A DNA stretch of 63,203 nt, filler included, from Candidatus Fermentibacterota bacterium (lineage in GTDB: Bacteria; JAFGKV01), in the NCBI GenBank assembly GCA_016928395.1. It is 6 parts of 6 records of this genome, joined end to end, with 100 filler letters (N's around TTAATTAATTAA, not from the genome) between each part and the next. Parts side by side here need not be neighbours in the genome. Positions count along the whole stretch, not along the records: positions 41,400 to 54,939 come from JAFGKV010000116.1; positions 55,040 to 60,295 come from JAFGKV010000117.1; 4 more parts are not named here. One strand, given 5' to 3'. Below the pieces are notes generated by a model. The model was not told the DNA's origin. It saw only the letters and a list, made by a program, of their open reading frames with translations, and made no database searches. This document shows, one piece after another, positions 47,701 through 57,356 of this stretch; positions within the stretch are counted from its first letter, which is position 1, and each line of letters opens with the position of its first letter. The translations under genes and the position numbers were made by a program.

Positions 47701-48567
47701 ATGAGGCTGCGCTTCGAGAATGATTCACTGGTGACCAAAGTTGACAATCTCACGGGATGGAGCGTCGTCCGCCCCAACAACTATGTCTTCACCGTGGAAC
47801 CGTTCAAGGCGGCGGGCATTGCCGAGATCGGTGTCGCATTCCCGAGAGACTACCTGATCACCTTCCTGGATGAGACGTCGGAGAGTTCTTCGGTGCTGAC
47901 GATCACGGTGCCCTCGGGCCCGCAGACCCTGCCGGCCAGGGCCTGCAACTTCAGGCTCACCGATGCTCAGACGGGTGATCGACTCCCCTTCGCCTACATC
48001 GACGTAAACCTAATCCCTTCGCTCCATGATCCGGGCTTCATCACGGGGTCTGACCAGCTCGTCTTCTTTGAGCCGACGCCCGAGGGCCGGCTGCTGACAT
48101 GGAAGATACTCTTCATCGGAAGCGACTCCACGTCGCATGTGCCGGTGGGAGGCGACGAGCTTCTCTTCTCGACCACGAAGCCGTTCAGCGCGACTGATGA
48201 GTTCGTGTTCAGCGTTGAGCCGCAGAATGTGAACACGGCGGCGTTGGGCAAGAGCGCCCTCGATGACATCATGGTGGTGCCCAACCCCTATATCGCGGCG
48301 GCTAGCTGGGAAGGCAAGAATCCGTATACAGACGGCAGAGGGCCGCGGGAGCTGCACTTCGTGAATCTCCCCTCCGTCTGCACCATCCGGATCTACACCA
48401 TCAGCGGCGCGCTGGTGAACACCATCGAACACGATTCCCTCACGGGAACCGCCGTGTGGGACATGCTCACCAAGGACAACCTCGACATTGCGTACGGTGT
48501 CTACATCTACCATGTTGACGCACCGGGCATAGGCGAGAAAATCGGCAAGTTCGCCGTCATTAAGTAG
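44728..48567 (+). CDS. Large secreted protein (1279 aa) with Asp/Gly Ca-binding-like repeats, Fn3-like region and C-terminal sorting-like domain
   Basis: Signal peptide; repeated DGIDNDxDG and GEPxxDxGxDG; LTAVPGDKKITLFWD...YFYAVTAYD; VVPNPY...IRIYTISG.LV...GVYIYHV...KFAVIK tail. Confidence 0.85.
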   Translation: MNMMRATKLAAALLLLGAVAFAKVDERGKNEARRKNWHSGNLVHTTYFNYGMIGRELPVVPGEVGGEWPINSGHWYVGDVSVLVGAELVDIHGDTVFSVQVSDGPRGFNEYSPDGSTFWGWEPIPGYSRDVTGQEGCCVAMSHQPESWPAFWPDKMGDANDPGWPAQWNGYFGKNVKNADQESYWLMDDASDQEFAFYPDATDSTRRGLGLRVAVRGMQWSHVLAEDCIFWVYDITNIGTTDYDKVVFGMIVGGMVGGGNDANDDHADFDKIDNITYCWDHDNVGETGFSPVGYVGYAFLESPGNPYDGIDNDNDGAFGSGITLTRSQFGTKIHRVGDPVVLIDYGTYERTVTTMPAEGITFTYRGTEFHVMPNVEIREIERNNIDDNLDGLIDENNGFEVAGITYYLNEGYKAKNWITGAGLDNLLIDERRDDGIDNDGDWDPLTDDVGLDGVPGTGDYGEGDGLPTSGAGTDLPGEPNIDKTDIDESDQIGLTSFYFFYPSGGLKLKNDDDLWDAMAPGYFNATAQNVDGDFVYGSGYFPLKAGQTERISVCLVFGDDRDDIIRNKRTVQTIYNQNYNFAKAPDLPKLTAVPGDKKITLFWDDTSERSFDVISGYDFEGYKIYKATDTEWGDADDITDAWGSPKFDKPIAIYDIQNGIKGLFPLVDERLGAQFDLGSDSGLRHSFVDTQVVNGQRYFYAVTAYDRGDVAKELTPAETSKFVKLNADGSVSAGINVGYATPNPMAAGYEPPTGSGELSRQGTAHGTGTAYLEILDPDDVPESGLDCIVTFVDQSCDTLDNDGDWIAWDDEPNGTWDTGEPFLDVGTDGKPSTQEVSADGRPYNPVTNPDPAGDNYDAFHNPGGTEGNDKWDFTDINGNGMFDPGFERAEPWTDLGDGVLDPGEEIIHDTGTDGLKPGDAGYPGPDADGTEGNGIPDPGEPNVDHRDPDELLPLTTGFWVYDRISGKYLVNGVRDFVGDSHYFRLDDQVLGMRLRFENDSLVTKVDNLTGWSVVRPNNYVFTVEPFKAAGIAEIGVAFPRDYLITFLDETSESSSVLTITVPSGPQTLPARACNFRLTDAQTGDRLPFAYIDVNLIPSLHDPGFITGSDQLVFFEPTPEGRLLTWKILFIGSDSTSHVPVGGDELLFSTTKPFSATDEFVFSVEPQNVNTAALGKSALDDIMVVPNPYIAAASWEGKNPYTDGRGPRELHFVNLPSVCTIRIYTISGALVNTIEHDSLTGTAVWDMLTKDNLDIAYGVYIYHVDAPGIGEKIGKFAVIK

Positions 48568-48579
48568 GGAGGTGTGACG

Positions 48580-49599
48580 ATGAAGCGCTTCGGGCTCCTT
48601 CTGCTGATCGCTGCCTTCGCCTGGTCTCCCTGTCATGCCCAAGGCGTTAGCAAGGCCGGGACCACGGCAGCCACGTTTCTCTCCGTGGGCCAGGGAAGTC
48701 GAGCCATTGCCATGGGCGGTGCGTTTGTCGCCGTGGCCAACGACGTCTCTGCACTCTACTGGAATCCCGCCGGGGCGGCCCGCCTGAACGCCACGGAGTT
48801 CCTGTTCTGCCATAATGAGTGGCTTGCCGATATGACCTTCGACTATGTTGCTTCGGCCCTGCCCATGGGCAATGGTGTCATCGGCCTCAGCGCCACCTTT
48901 CTCTCCATGGGATCGGAGCCGGTGCGGACTGTCAACGAACCCGACGGCACCGGGGAGTTTTTCGACGCCGGCAGCTACGCCATGTCTGCGGGCTACTCGA
49001 GAATGCTCACCGACCGCTTCTCGTTCGGCCTTATGGGCAAAGTCGTGCGGGAGTACATCAAGGACTGCAGCTCCACCGGCTTCGCGTTGGATGTGGGCAC
49101 CCTGTTCGAGACCCAATGGCGAGGGCTCATGGTCGGCATGAGCATTTCCAACTTCGGCACCAAGATGCAGATGGCAGGTAACGATGTCCTGGTGCAGGTT
49201 GACATTGACCCCACGCAAGAGGGCAACAACGAGAACATCAATGCCCATCTCGCCCTTGACAGGTTCGACATGCCGCTGGTGTTCCGCGTGGGGTTGGCCA
49301 TGGACCTTCTGCGCGATGTGCCAAACAATAGTCTGCTCATCAGCGTGGATGCACTCCACCCCAATGACAATACCGAGGCGGTAGACTTAGGCCTGGAGTA
49401 CGGCCTGGCAAATCGGTTCTTCGCCCGGGTCGGCTACAAGTCGCTGTTCATGCGGGAGGCCGAGGAGGGCCTCACCGCGGGTGCGGGTTTCAGCCTTCCT
49501 GTCTTGGGGGCCGCAACATTGGGCGTGGATTATGCCTATCAGGCCTTTGGCCGCCTGGAACAGGCGCACCGGCTCAGCGTATCACTCCGGACAAGTTGA
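48580..49599 (+). CDS. PorV/PorQ-family outer-membrane beta-barrel
   Basis: GTTAATFLSVGQGSRAIAMGGAFVAVANDVSALYWNPAG; VDYAY near C-terminus. Confidence 0.9.
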   Translation: MKRFGLLLLIAAFAWSPCHAQGVSKAGTTAATFLSVGQGSRAIAMGGAFVAVANDVSALYWNPAGAARLNATEFLFCHNEWLADMTFDYVASALPMGNGVIGLSATFLSMGSEPVRTVNEPDGTGEFFDAGSYAMSAGYSRMLTDRFSFGLMGKVVREYIKDCSSTGFALDVGTLFETQWRGLMVGMSISNFGTKMQMAGNDVLVQVDIDPTQEGNNENINAHLALDRFDMPLVFRVGLAMDLLRDVPNNSLLISVDALHPNDNTEAVDLGLEYGLANRFFARVGYKSLFMREAEEGLTAGAGFSLPVLGAATLGVDYAYQAFGRLEQAHRLSVSLRTS

Positions 49600-49736
49600 A
49601 CGAGGCACAAGTATGAGAAAGGAGGTGGGAAGGGGTAGGTCAAAGCGAGTATGCGCCTGTGTATGAGGCGCCCGCGAATGTGTGGCCCTGGAGTCCTCCA
49701 GGCCTCGGTAATGCACCAGCAGAAGGAGGATGAGGA

Positions 49737-51554
49737 ATGCGGTGCAACGCGTGTATCCTTATGGCCGTGGTTGCCCTTGCGGCATGCACGGCAAGTGCCG
49801 ACGTCAATGTGACGTTCAAGCTCAATACGAGCACGGTCAACGCCTATGACATCACGACGGCCAGCGTGGTGCAGGTACGTGGATCGATTGCTCCCATCAC
49901 GTGGGGCAATGATTCCGTCAACCTGACCCAGGTGGACGGAGACTACTGGGAAGCCGTGGTACCGTTCCCTGACGCCGAAGTGGGCAATACCCTTGAGTAC
50001 AAATTCTACGCCGGCGACGAGTTTGGCGGCTGGGAAGACGGCGACAACAAGACGCTGGAGATCCCCGCCACGGACACCGAGCTGGAGCTTGTCTACTACA
50101 ATATGGGCGCGACGCCGCCCTTCACCCCGACAGAGGACATTGATCTCTGGTTCAGAATCAATATGGAGAGCAATGCCATCTTCCAGCCGGGCGTCCACGA
50201 AGTCGGCATGCGAGGCGGCGTGGCGGCGGATGGATCGGACATCGGCAACCTCTCATGGGGCGCCAATGTCGTGATGGCGCGGGAGGCGGAGACCTTCTAC
50301 CACTCGGGCCAAGTGACCGTACCGGTTGCCAGTGCGGGAACCGTCATCGGGTACAAATTCGTGCGCGGCGCGGGCCCGGATGAGTGGGAAGGCATCGATA
50401 ATCGAATGCTGACCATACCGGCCGAGGACATGACCGTTGTGTGGGCCTGGTGGAACAATGAGGAACCTTCTCCGGCAGTCATCGATACCGGTGATGTTGT
50501 GTTCCAGGCTGACATGACGCAGCTTTTGGCTGACGGCTGGTTTGACCCGGGCACCGAGTGGATCTCCGTCCGCGGCGGATTTGAAGGCTGGGGCAACTCC
50601 GAGCCCATGATCCCCGACCTACTCCAGCCCACCCTGTACAAGTGGCCCTACAACATTATCGCCCCCCATGAAACGGTGTTCGGCTGGAAATTCAAGGCAT
50701 TCCCCGATGACAACTGGCTGGATTCCGGCTGGGAAATCGGCGCCAATCACGAGTTCACCTTCGTGGGCGACATGGAACTGCCCGCCCGGGTACCCAACAT
50801 CTTCCCCTCGGGCGAGCCCATTACCAGGGATGTCACGTGCCGCTTCAGCGTTGATGTGACGAATGCGAACTGCTGGTATACCGGGGAGCCCTTCCCCTCT
50901 ATCTCCAGCGTGTGGCTCGCCGGTGACGACGGAACCGTTGGCCCGCTCCAGTGGCCGGGCACGTGGACTCCGGAAGATACCACCGATATGATCCGGATGT
51001 ATGATGACGGCACCAATGGCGACCAGGTCGCCGGTGACCAGATCTGGACATCGGATGTGCTTCTTCCCGAGAACACTTTGAGCACTATCCTCTACAAGTA
51101 CGGTGTGTACTATCCCGGTGTGGAGGAGCTCAATGACGGCGTGACCCCCATGGACAATGAGGCCGGGTTCGCCATGAACCACGTCGGCGTCTTGTCCACC
51201 ACCGAGCAGTTCCAGGAGCTGGCCGTCGTATTCGCGGACCAGTCAATCCGCGAGATCACCGGAGCCCCGTTGCCCCAGGTCGCGGTGCTGGGCAATGCGT
51301 CGCCCAATCCGTGCTCCGAATTCACCGTGTTCCGCTATGACCTGCCCGCGGCCGGTGACGTCGAGCTGGCGATCTACGACGTGGCGGGGCGCCAGGTGAG
51401 CACCCTGTTCCGCGGCATCCAGGACGCCGGTGTGTATATGGCCCGCTGGAATGCCCGCGATACGGCAAACCAGCACGTTGCCAACGGCACGTATCTCGTC
51501 AAGCTGCAGGCCCAGGGCTCGAGCCTGACCACTCGCGTCGTGGTGCTGCGATAG
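49737..51554 (+). CDS. Secreted protein with tandem CBM20-like modules and FlgD-Ig/T9SS-like tail
   Basis: Repeats of VTF.../VRG...W/YKF...WE...N; MYDDGTNGDQVAGDQIWT motif; SPNP...IYDVAGRQV...GTYLVKL tail. Confidence 0.7.
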   Translation: MRCNACILMAVVALAACTASADVNVTFKLNTSTVNAYDITTASVVQVRGSIAPITWGNDSVNLTQVDGDYWEAVVPFPDAEVGNTLEYKFYAGDEFGGWEDGDNKTLEIPATDTELELVYYNMGATPPFTPTEDIDLWFRINMESNAIFQPGVHEVGMRGGVAADGSDIGNLSWGANVVMAREAETFYHSGQVTVPVASAGTVIGYKFVRGAGPDEWEGIDNRMLTIPAEDMTVVWAWWNNEEPSPAVIDTGDVVFQADMTQLLADGWFDPGTEWISVRGGFEGWGNSEPMIPDLLQPTLYKWPYNIIAPHETVFGWKFKAFPDDNWLDSGWEIGANHEFTFVGDMELPARVPNIFPSGEPITRDVTCRFSVDVTNANCWYTGEPFPSISSVWLAGDDGTVGPLQWPGTWTPEDTTDMIRMYDDGTNGDQVAGDQIWTSDVLLPENTLSTILYKYGVYYPGVEELNDGVTPMDNEAGFAMNHVGVLSTTEQFQELAVVFADQSIREITGAPLPQVAVLGNASPNPCSEFTVFRYDLPAAGDVELAIYDVAGRQVSTLFRGIQDAGVYMARWNARDTANQHVANGTYLVKLQAQGSSLTTRVVVLR

Positions 51555-51574
51555 CCTAACGAAGTCCTGTCGCG

Positions 51575-51610
51575 CGAGGGGAGCGGGAATCCGCTCCCCT
51601 CGTTGTGCTT
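51575..51610 (+). terminator. Hairpin terminator ending the TonB-receptor locus
   Basis: CGAGGGGAGCGG-GAAT-CCGCTCCCCTCG followed by TTGTGCTT. Confidence 0.7.
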
Positions 51611-51684
51611 TCGGTTCCCGAGCCATGATCACAGATTGCCCGACGACTTCCCCGCGTGTCATCACTGAACACAAGGAGTGCACG

Positions 51685-52773
51685 GTGCACAATCCCATGG
51701 AGCATGCGCAGCGAATCGCGCCGGCGCCGATTACAGCCGGCGGCTCCGCGGCCGACCTTGTCGACGGGGCCTTCCACGCCTACAATGCCGCCCGGCTCAA
51801 GGAGGCATGCCGTCTCCTCGCCCGGGAAGTGCTGACTCCCGGCGTCACCGTTGGGTGGACCATCAGCGGCGCCCTCACTCCCGCGGGACTCGGGCGTTCG
51901 TGTCTCGTGCCCCTCATGCAGGCGGGCTGGGTGGACTGGCTGGTGGCCACCGGGGCCAATCTCTACCATGATCTGCATCAGGCCTTGGACCTGCCGCTGA
52001 TGGCGGGACGCCCAAATCTGGACGATCGAAAGCTGCGGGAAGAGGGGTTGGTGCGGATCTATGATATTGTCATGCCCTATGACGTCTTGCTGTCCACCGA
52101 TACATTCGTGCGCTCAACGCTGGAACACGTGCCGCCCCAACCTCTCACCACGCCCCAGCTCCATGCCATACTCGGCCGGGCCGCGGCTGAGGCGCGGCTC
52201 GCCCGCGGTGTTGCCCATGCCACGGTACTGGAGGCTGCGGCCGAGTTGTCGGTGCCGGTGTTCTGCCCCGCACCGGGTGACAGCTCCATCGGGATGAACC
52301 TGGCCGCCTTGTCCCTTCAGGGGAAAGGACCCTCGCTGGATGTGGCGGGCGATGTAAACTACTCCGCGGCCATCGTGTGGGATGCGAAGCGGGCGGGCCA
52401 GAGCGCCGTGGTGATCATCGGCGGGGGTACGCCTAAGAACTTCGCGCTCCAAACGGAGCCGCATCTTCAGGAGGTGTTGGGTCTGGCCGACGTCGGCCAT
52501 GATTTCATGGTGCAGATCACCGATGCACGCCCCGATACCGGCGGCCTCTCCGGTGCAACACCGTCGGAAGCAGTGAGCTGGGGCAAGATCAATCCCGATG
52601 AGCTGGATCGGACGGTGGTGGTCTATCTGGACGCGACCGTCGCCTTGCCGCTGCTGACGGCGTACCTGATGGAACGGGCAACACGTCGCACGCCGTCTCG
52701 TCTTTTTGCACGCCGCGAGGAATTGGTCGGGGGGCTCATGACGGCATCTCGCCAGGGTGCTACCCGGGAATGA
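51685..52773 (+). CDS. Deoxyhypusine-synthase-like protein (homospermidine biosynthesis type)
   Basis: SGALTPAGLG, TGANLYHDLH, GDSSIGMN, GGGTPKNF, DTGGLSGATPSEAVSWGKI. Confidence 0.92.
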   Translation: MHNPMEHAQRIAPAPITAGGSAADLVDGAFHAYNAARLKEACRLLAREVLTPGVTVGWTISGALTPAGLGRSCLVPLMQAGWVDWLVATGANLYHDLHQALDLPLMAGRPNLDDRKLREEGLVRIYDIVMPYDVLLSTDTFVRSTLEHVPPQPLTTPQLHAILGRAAAEARLARGVAHATVLEAAAELSVPVFCPAPGDSSIGMNLAALSLQGKGPSLDVAGDVNYSAAIVWDAKRAGQSAVVIIGGGTPKNFALQTEPHLQEVLGLADVGHDFMVQITDARPDTGGLSGATPSEAVSWGKINPDELDRTVVVYLDATVALPLLTAYLMERATRRTPSRLFARREELVGGLMTASRQGATRE

Positions 52774-52810
52774 CCCTGCAGAGACCCAGTGCCGCGGTGA
52801 CGGATCGGAA

Positions 52811-53989
52811 GTGATCCCCGCCAGCCGTCGGGTGGCATCCATCGCGTCACCCCCCATCGGCCGAATAGCAGCTCTGGCCGCGGCCCGCGAGCGGGATGGC
52901 CAACGGGTAATCCGGCTGGGCCAGGCGGTTCCCTGGTACGGCCCCCCCTCGTGGGCGCTGGACGCCATGGCCTCGTCGCTTCACGATCCCGTTCTCCACC
53001 GCTACAGCGTCGACCCGGGCCTGGCGGATGTGCGCAAACTGGTCTGCGCGCGGTGGTTCTCGGATCGAGGGTTCAGGATCGACCATGAGTCTCAAATCCA
53101 TCTTACCTGCGGCGCCAGCCAGGCCTTCTTCAGCGCCCTCACCGTGGTTGCCGATCCCAGTCAACGGGTTGTTCTCACCAATCCCTACTACTTCGACCAC
53201 CTGTTCGCGGTGCAGTTCCTGGGCCTGGAACCTCGTCTCGTGGCCATGCGGGAAGAGACTGAAGGATTCCGGCTCGACGTCGAGGCATTGATTCGGGAAA
53301 TCAGGGCCGGGTGTGCCGCCGTGGTACTCGTGAACCCGTCAAATCCCACCGGGTCCGTGGCCTCCGACGACGATCTGCGGCGAGTCGCCGGGGAATGCGC
53401 CGCGTCGAACACCGCGTGCATCATCGATGAGACCTACGAGAAGCTGACCTTCGACCGTCGGGCGCGGTGGCATCCCTGGCACGATCCAAAGACCCGCGCC
53501 GTGACCCTTGTGGTCGGCAGTTTCTCCAAGAGCCTGGGCATGGCCGGATGGCGCCTGGGGTATCTGCTGGGGCAGGAGCTGCTCATGGCTGAGGCCCTCA
53601 AGGTGCATGACTCCGTGGCCATCTGTGCCCCGGTGATCGCGCAACGTCTTCTGGGGGCTATCCTCCGCGGGCCGTACGTGGAATGGACGAAGGACAAACT
53701 GAGAGATCTGGAGGAGCGGCGCCAGATTGTCCGGTCTGCCCTTCAAGCCGCTCCCTTCTTCCACTGGCGACCGACTGCGGGCGGGATTTTCTCATTCCTC
53801 CCGTATCGAGGAGCATCAACCAGTGTGGACGTGGCCGCAAAGGTGCTCGGTGAGACAGGAGTCTCCTTGGTGCCGGGTTCTGCGTTCGGCCCCGCCGGGG
53901 AAGGGCATCTGCGGCTGAGTTTCGGCAGTTCCAGCCGGGAGGATCTCCAGGAAGCCCTGGAGGTCTTGACTGCCTATGATCCACCATAG
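52811..53989 (+). CDS. PLP-dependent aminotransferase class I/II
   Basis: VNPSNPTG, IIDETY, SFSKSLGMAGWRLG, PGSAFG...LRLSF; start uncertain (52757-52811). Confidence 0.92.
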   Translation: MIPASRRVASIASPPIGRIAALAAARERDGQRVIRLGQAVPWYGPPSWALDAMASSLHDPVLHRYSVDPGLADVRKLVCARWFSDRGFRIDHESQIHLTCGASQAFFSALTVVADPSQRVVLTNPYYFDHLFAVQFLGLEPRLVAMREETEGFRLDVEALIREIRAGCAAVVLVNPSNPTGSVASDDDLRRVAGECAASNTACIIDETYEKLTFDRRARWHPWHDPKTRAVTLVVGSFSKSLGMAGWRLGYLLGQELLMAEALKVHDSVAICAPVIAQRLLGAILRGPYVEWTKDKLRDLEERRQIVRSALQAAPFFHWRPTAGGIFSFLPYRGASTSVDVAAKVLGETGVSLVPGSAFGPAGEGHLRLSFGSSSREDLQEALEVLTAYDPP

Positions 53990-54121
53990 TGTCGCTGATC
54001 CAACGATGGTTGATTCTGAGAGTGGCTTTGACTACCTTCTCTGTCATGTCATCATGTTTCCCTGTGGTCTTCTTACCCCCTGGCGCCTTCGGCGCCTGAA
54101 CACTGCCTCGGGAGGTGGAAT

Positions 54122-54939
54122 GTGCGATTCTCACTAGTCCGCGCTGCAGCCCTCATCGTGCTCCTGTCAGGAGCCGCGGCGGCAGGCCTTCAGATCGTCT
54201 CGCCCGATGAGCTGATGCCTCGGTACATGCCCGACGCCACGAAGTCGATACGAGAGAAAGTACTTGACCTCCAAACGCGGCGGATTCTCGATGACTTTGC
54301 CTCCACGCGGCAGTTGCGCGCCACGGGCATGGATCAACACAAGCCTGCGGGCCGCGGAGGCGCCATTTCTGGTAGCGTGGCGGTAGCTCCGGCAGCCCCG
54401 GAGGGGGTAGCATTTGACGGCGAGATCCTGGCGTTGGATCGCCATGGATTCGTTGCCGGCTGGGATTTCTGGTCCAGCGATGGTGGATCGTACTATGAGC
54501 TGTACGACGTGCCGCCGGGGGAGTACTACGTGTTCTTCCTCAGCGAGGGCTGGTCCTACGATACGCAGGTAGGCACGGTGATCAATGAGTTCTACAACAA
54601 TACGACCCAATGGCCCCAGGCGACCAAGGTAACGGTCACCGAGGGGGGGAGTGCCTCCGGCATCAACTTCGATCTCCAGAGCAATAGCGGCTACGTGGCC
54701 GTCACCGTGCGTAATTCGAGCGAGCAGCCGCTGGCGAACACGATGGTGGACTTCACGCTCTACCCGTACCTGCCGACCGAAGAGAATGAGATTCTGGATT
54801 CAGGGCGAACGCTCACCTATAGCGTGCAGACAGATGCTGCCGGCGCGGTGACGGTCGGTCCCGTTCCTCTGGGGACCTTCTACATGAGCTGCAGGGCCGA
54901 AGACGCGGCCCAGATCTTCTACCCCAATACCGGTGACCC
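54122..54939 (+). CDS. Secreted protein with carboxypeptidase-regulatory-like/prealbumin-fold repeats (3' truncated)
   Basis: Signal peptide; GAISGSV, PPGEYYV, EFYNN...ATKVTVTEG...SGINFDL; runs into linker. Confidence 0.7.
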
Positions 54940-55039
54940 NNNNNNNNNNNNNNNNNNNNNNNNNNNNNNNNNNNNNNNNNNNNTTAATTAATTAANNNNN
55001 NNNNNNNNNNNNNNNNNNNNNNNNNNNNNNNNNNNNNNN
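54940..55039. other. Artificial contig linker
   Basis: N44-TTAATTAATTAA-N44. Confidence 0.98.
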
Positions 55040-55191
55040 CCCCCCGGGGGGCCCCCCCCCCCCCCCCCGCCCGGGGTTGGGGGGGGGGGGGGGCGAGCGA
55101 GCGGCGTGGTCAGAGTCCGCGGACCTCCAGTGTGGGACACCGTGCATGCGTATGTTATCGTGCAGGAGTTCTACCAAACACGGAGGTACTC

Positions 55192-57300
55192 ATGTCGTTC
55201 CGAACATGGTATGCAGTGTGCGCAGCGCTCGCGCTGGCGGCATGCGTCAGTGCCGCCCACGCGGGATTCACGGCGACCCTTGCGTTTCCCATGCCCGACG
55301 TATCGCAATCCGAGAACCTGGGCTATGACATTCTGAACGTAGCCGGCTGTCATCTGGCGGGAGAGCCGGGGATGCCGTGGCTTCCCTGTCGTTCCGCCAA
55401 CTTCCTCATCCCACGCAGTCAATCAGTGACCACTGTCCAGGTCAAGGTGCTGTCCAAGCGGCAGCTTCCTGGCTCCTACTACATCTATCCCACTCAGCCT
55501 CCGATCCCAACGGACGGCAGTTGGGGCGAAGGGGACTTCGTGGGACCCGATGCCGACATCTACAACTCTACCGCACCCTTTCCTGGCGAGCCCGTCGAAG
55601 AGGGAGAGGCAACGAGCTCCTGGGGATGGAAGGTGTACCAGGTGATGGTGTGGCCGCTGGAGTACATCCCGGCGAAGCGGGAGGTGTGGGTGTACGAGAG
55701 TCTGGAGATCTCATTGGAGCTTGGGCCGTCGCTGGAGGCGGATCAAGAGGTGCTGCCACGGAGCCATGAGCTGCAGGAGGAATGGGCCGCGGAGCTGGCG
55801 CAGGCGGTAGTCAACCCCGAGGAGATCGGGCCGCAGGCGCCGGGAGTCTTGGGGCCGGTGCCAATATCCCGGAGATGGGTGCTGATCCTGCCGGGCGATC
55901 CCGAGCGCGAGGGGCGCGACAGGTGGATCGACACCTTCGAACCGCTGAGAGCGCACCGAGAGAACCAGGGTCTGGACACCGAAGTGATCTATGTAAAGCA
56001 GATCACGGAGGCGTCGGGAGAGGCGGCGGTCCAGGCGATCCGCGCCTATCTCCAGGATCAGCATGCGAACCACGGCGCCCGCTGGGCCTGCCTGGTGGGG
56101 GACCACGAGATGATACCGTGGACGTATCAACCGGCGTACAGCCCGCCCAATGACTGGTGCTACTGCGACCTTGATGGCACATGGCCGGGCGACATCGATT
56201 GGTACCCCGAGCTCTGGGTTGGCAGGGCGCCATGCCTGACCGCCGCGGAAGGCGCCAACTTCGTCGGCAAGGTGCTCGCTTATGAGCAGAACCCGGGGAA
56301 CGGCGATCACGAATACCTCTTTCGGTCCCTCTACGAGTATGCCGATGAGGGACAGAGGATGGGTACATGCGACCAACTCGCGACCCTCGACGATCCCGCC
56401 ATCCAGGCAACCGTCTGGGGTGAACTGCCCTCCTATAACGACCCGAATCCCTACTTCCCGTGGGACTATCACGTGGTCGAGACGCTGAGCCAGGTTCACT
56501 ATAACTGCTTCGTCGTGCATTGCCACGGGTTTACGGACTTGTACTGGCCGTTGTCCATAGGGAATGGCCAGAATGCCGTACCGGGGAGCAGTTTCGGAGT
56601 CAATGACGTCCAAGCATTGACGAATGAAGGCTACTACTTCTTCTGGTATTCGATCTCCTGCTGCAATGCTCGCCTGGATGATCCATCCGGAATCCGCAGC
56701 ATTGCCGAGGCAGCCACGTGCATGTTTCCCGCCCGCGGCGCCTTCGCCTTCGCCGGGAATACGCGAGCCGGCTACTGGGGCGATTCGAGTCAACTGAACT
56801 ACCATGCGTGGGGGGTGCTCTACCCCCAGGGCCCTCTCACGCCCAACTACTTCAACCACGCCGGCGGAGTTGAGGCCGTCTCCAAGCTGCGTTCCTGGCA
56901 GCAGGCTCAGCCCAGCAATAGTTACGTTCGTTACAGCCACAATCTGTTTGGCGACCCAGCCGCACCGATCTGGGCGCCGCGGGCCATGCCGCCGGCGCCG
57001 AGGCCGGTGGGCGGGGAGACGGGGGCCCGTACTCCGGGCGTCCTGGTGCTTTCCTGGGGTCCGAGCCCGGTGGTGAGCGGTCGAGGAATGGTCAGGCTCC
57101 GCCTGGATCAACCTGCGCGTCTCCGCGTGGGACTCTACGATCTCCAGGGCCGGCTGGTCTGGCGGCTCCACGAGGGATGGGTCGAATCCGGGGAGCATGA
57201 GGTGCCGTGGATTGCGCCCGGTCTGCCTGCCGGCGCATACGCCATACGCGTGGTCGCGGGCGAGACCGTTCTGTCGCGACGGATAGTCATCTGCAACTGA
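55192..57300 (+). CDS. C25 (gingipain-like) cysteine peptidase with propeptide and C-terminal sorting-like domain
   Basis: GEPGMPWLP propeptide, LVGD, DWCYCDLDG, PELWVGR, VHCHG (His), SISCC (Cys), NLFGDP; LYDLQGRLV...GAYAIRV tail. Confidence 0.9.
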   Translation: MSFRTWYAVCAALALAACVSAAHAGFTATLAFPMPDVSQSENLGYDILNVAGCHLAGEPGMPWLPCRSANFLIPRSQSVTTVQVKVLSKRQLPGSYYIYPTQPPIPTDGSWGEGDFVGPDADIYNSTAPFPGEPVEEGEATSSWGWKVYQVMVWPLEYIPAKREVWVYESLEISLELGPSLEADQEVLPRSHELQEEWAAELAQAVVNPEEIGPQAPGVLGPVPISRRWVLILPGDPEREGRDRWIDTFEPLRAHRENQGLDTEVIYVKQITEASGEAAVQAIRAYLQDQHANHGARWACLVGDHEMIPWTYQPAYSPPNDWCYCDLDGTWPGDIDWYPELWVGRAPCLTAAEGANFVGKVLAYEQNPGNGDHEYLFRSLYEYADEGQRMGTCDQLATLDDPAIQATVWGELPSYNDPNPYFPWDYHVVETLSQVHYNCFVVHCHGFTDLYWPLSIGNGQNAVPGSSFGVNDVQALTNEGYYFFWYSISCCNARLDDPSGIRSIAEAATCMFPARGAFAFAGNTRAGYWGDSSQLNYHAWGVLYPQGPLTPNYFNHAGGVEAVSKLRSWQQAQPSNSYVRYSHNLFGDPAAPIWAPRAMPPAPRPVGGETGARTPGVLVLSWGPSPVVSGRGMVRLRLDQPARLRVGLYDLQGRLVWRLHEGWVESGEHEVPWIAPGLPAGAYAIRVVAGETVLSRRIVICN

Positions 57301-57356
57301 GCGACGGTCTGAAGATCAGGGGTCGGCATGCCCGGCCCCTGATCGGGAGGCGTGAA

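Noticed and set aside
55040-55093. C/G homopolymer palindrome (G-quadruplex-like)
   Set aside because: At a contig edge; most likely low-quality sequence
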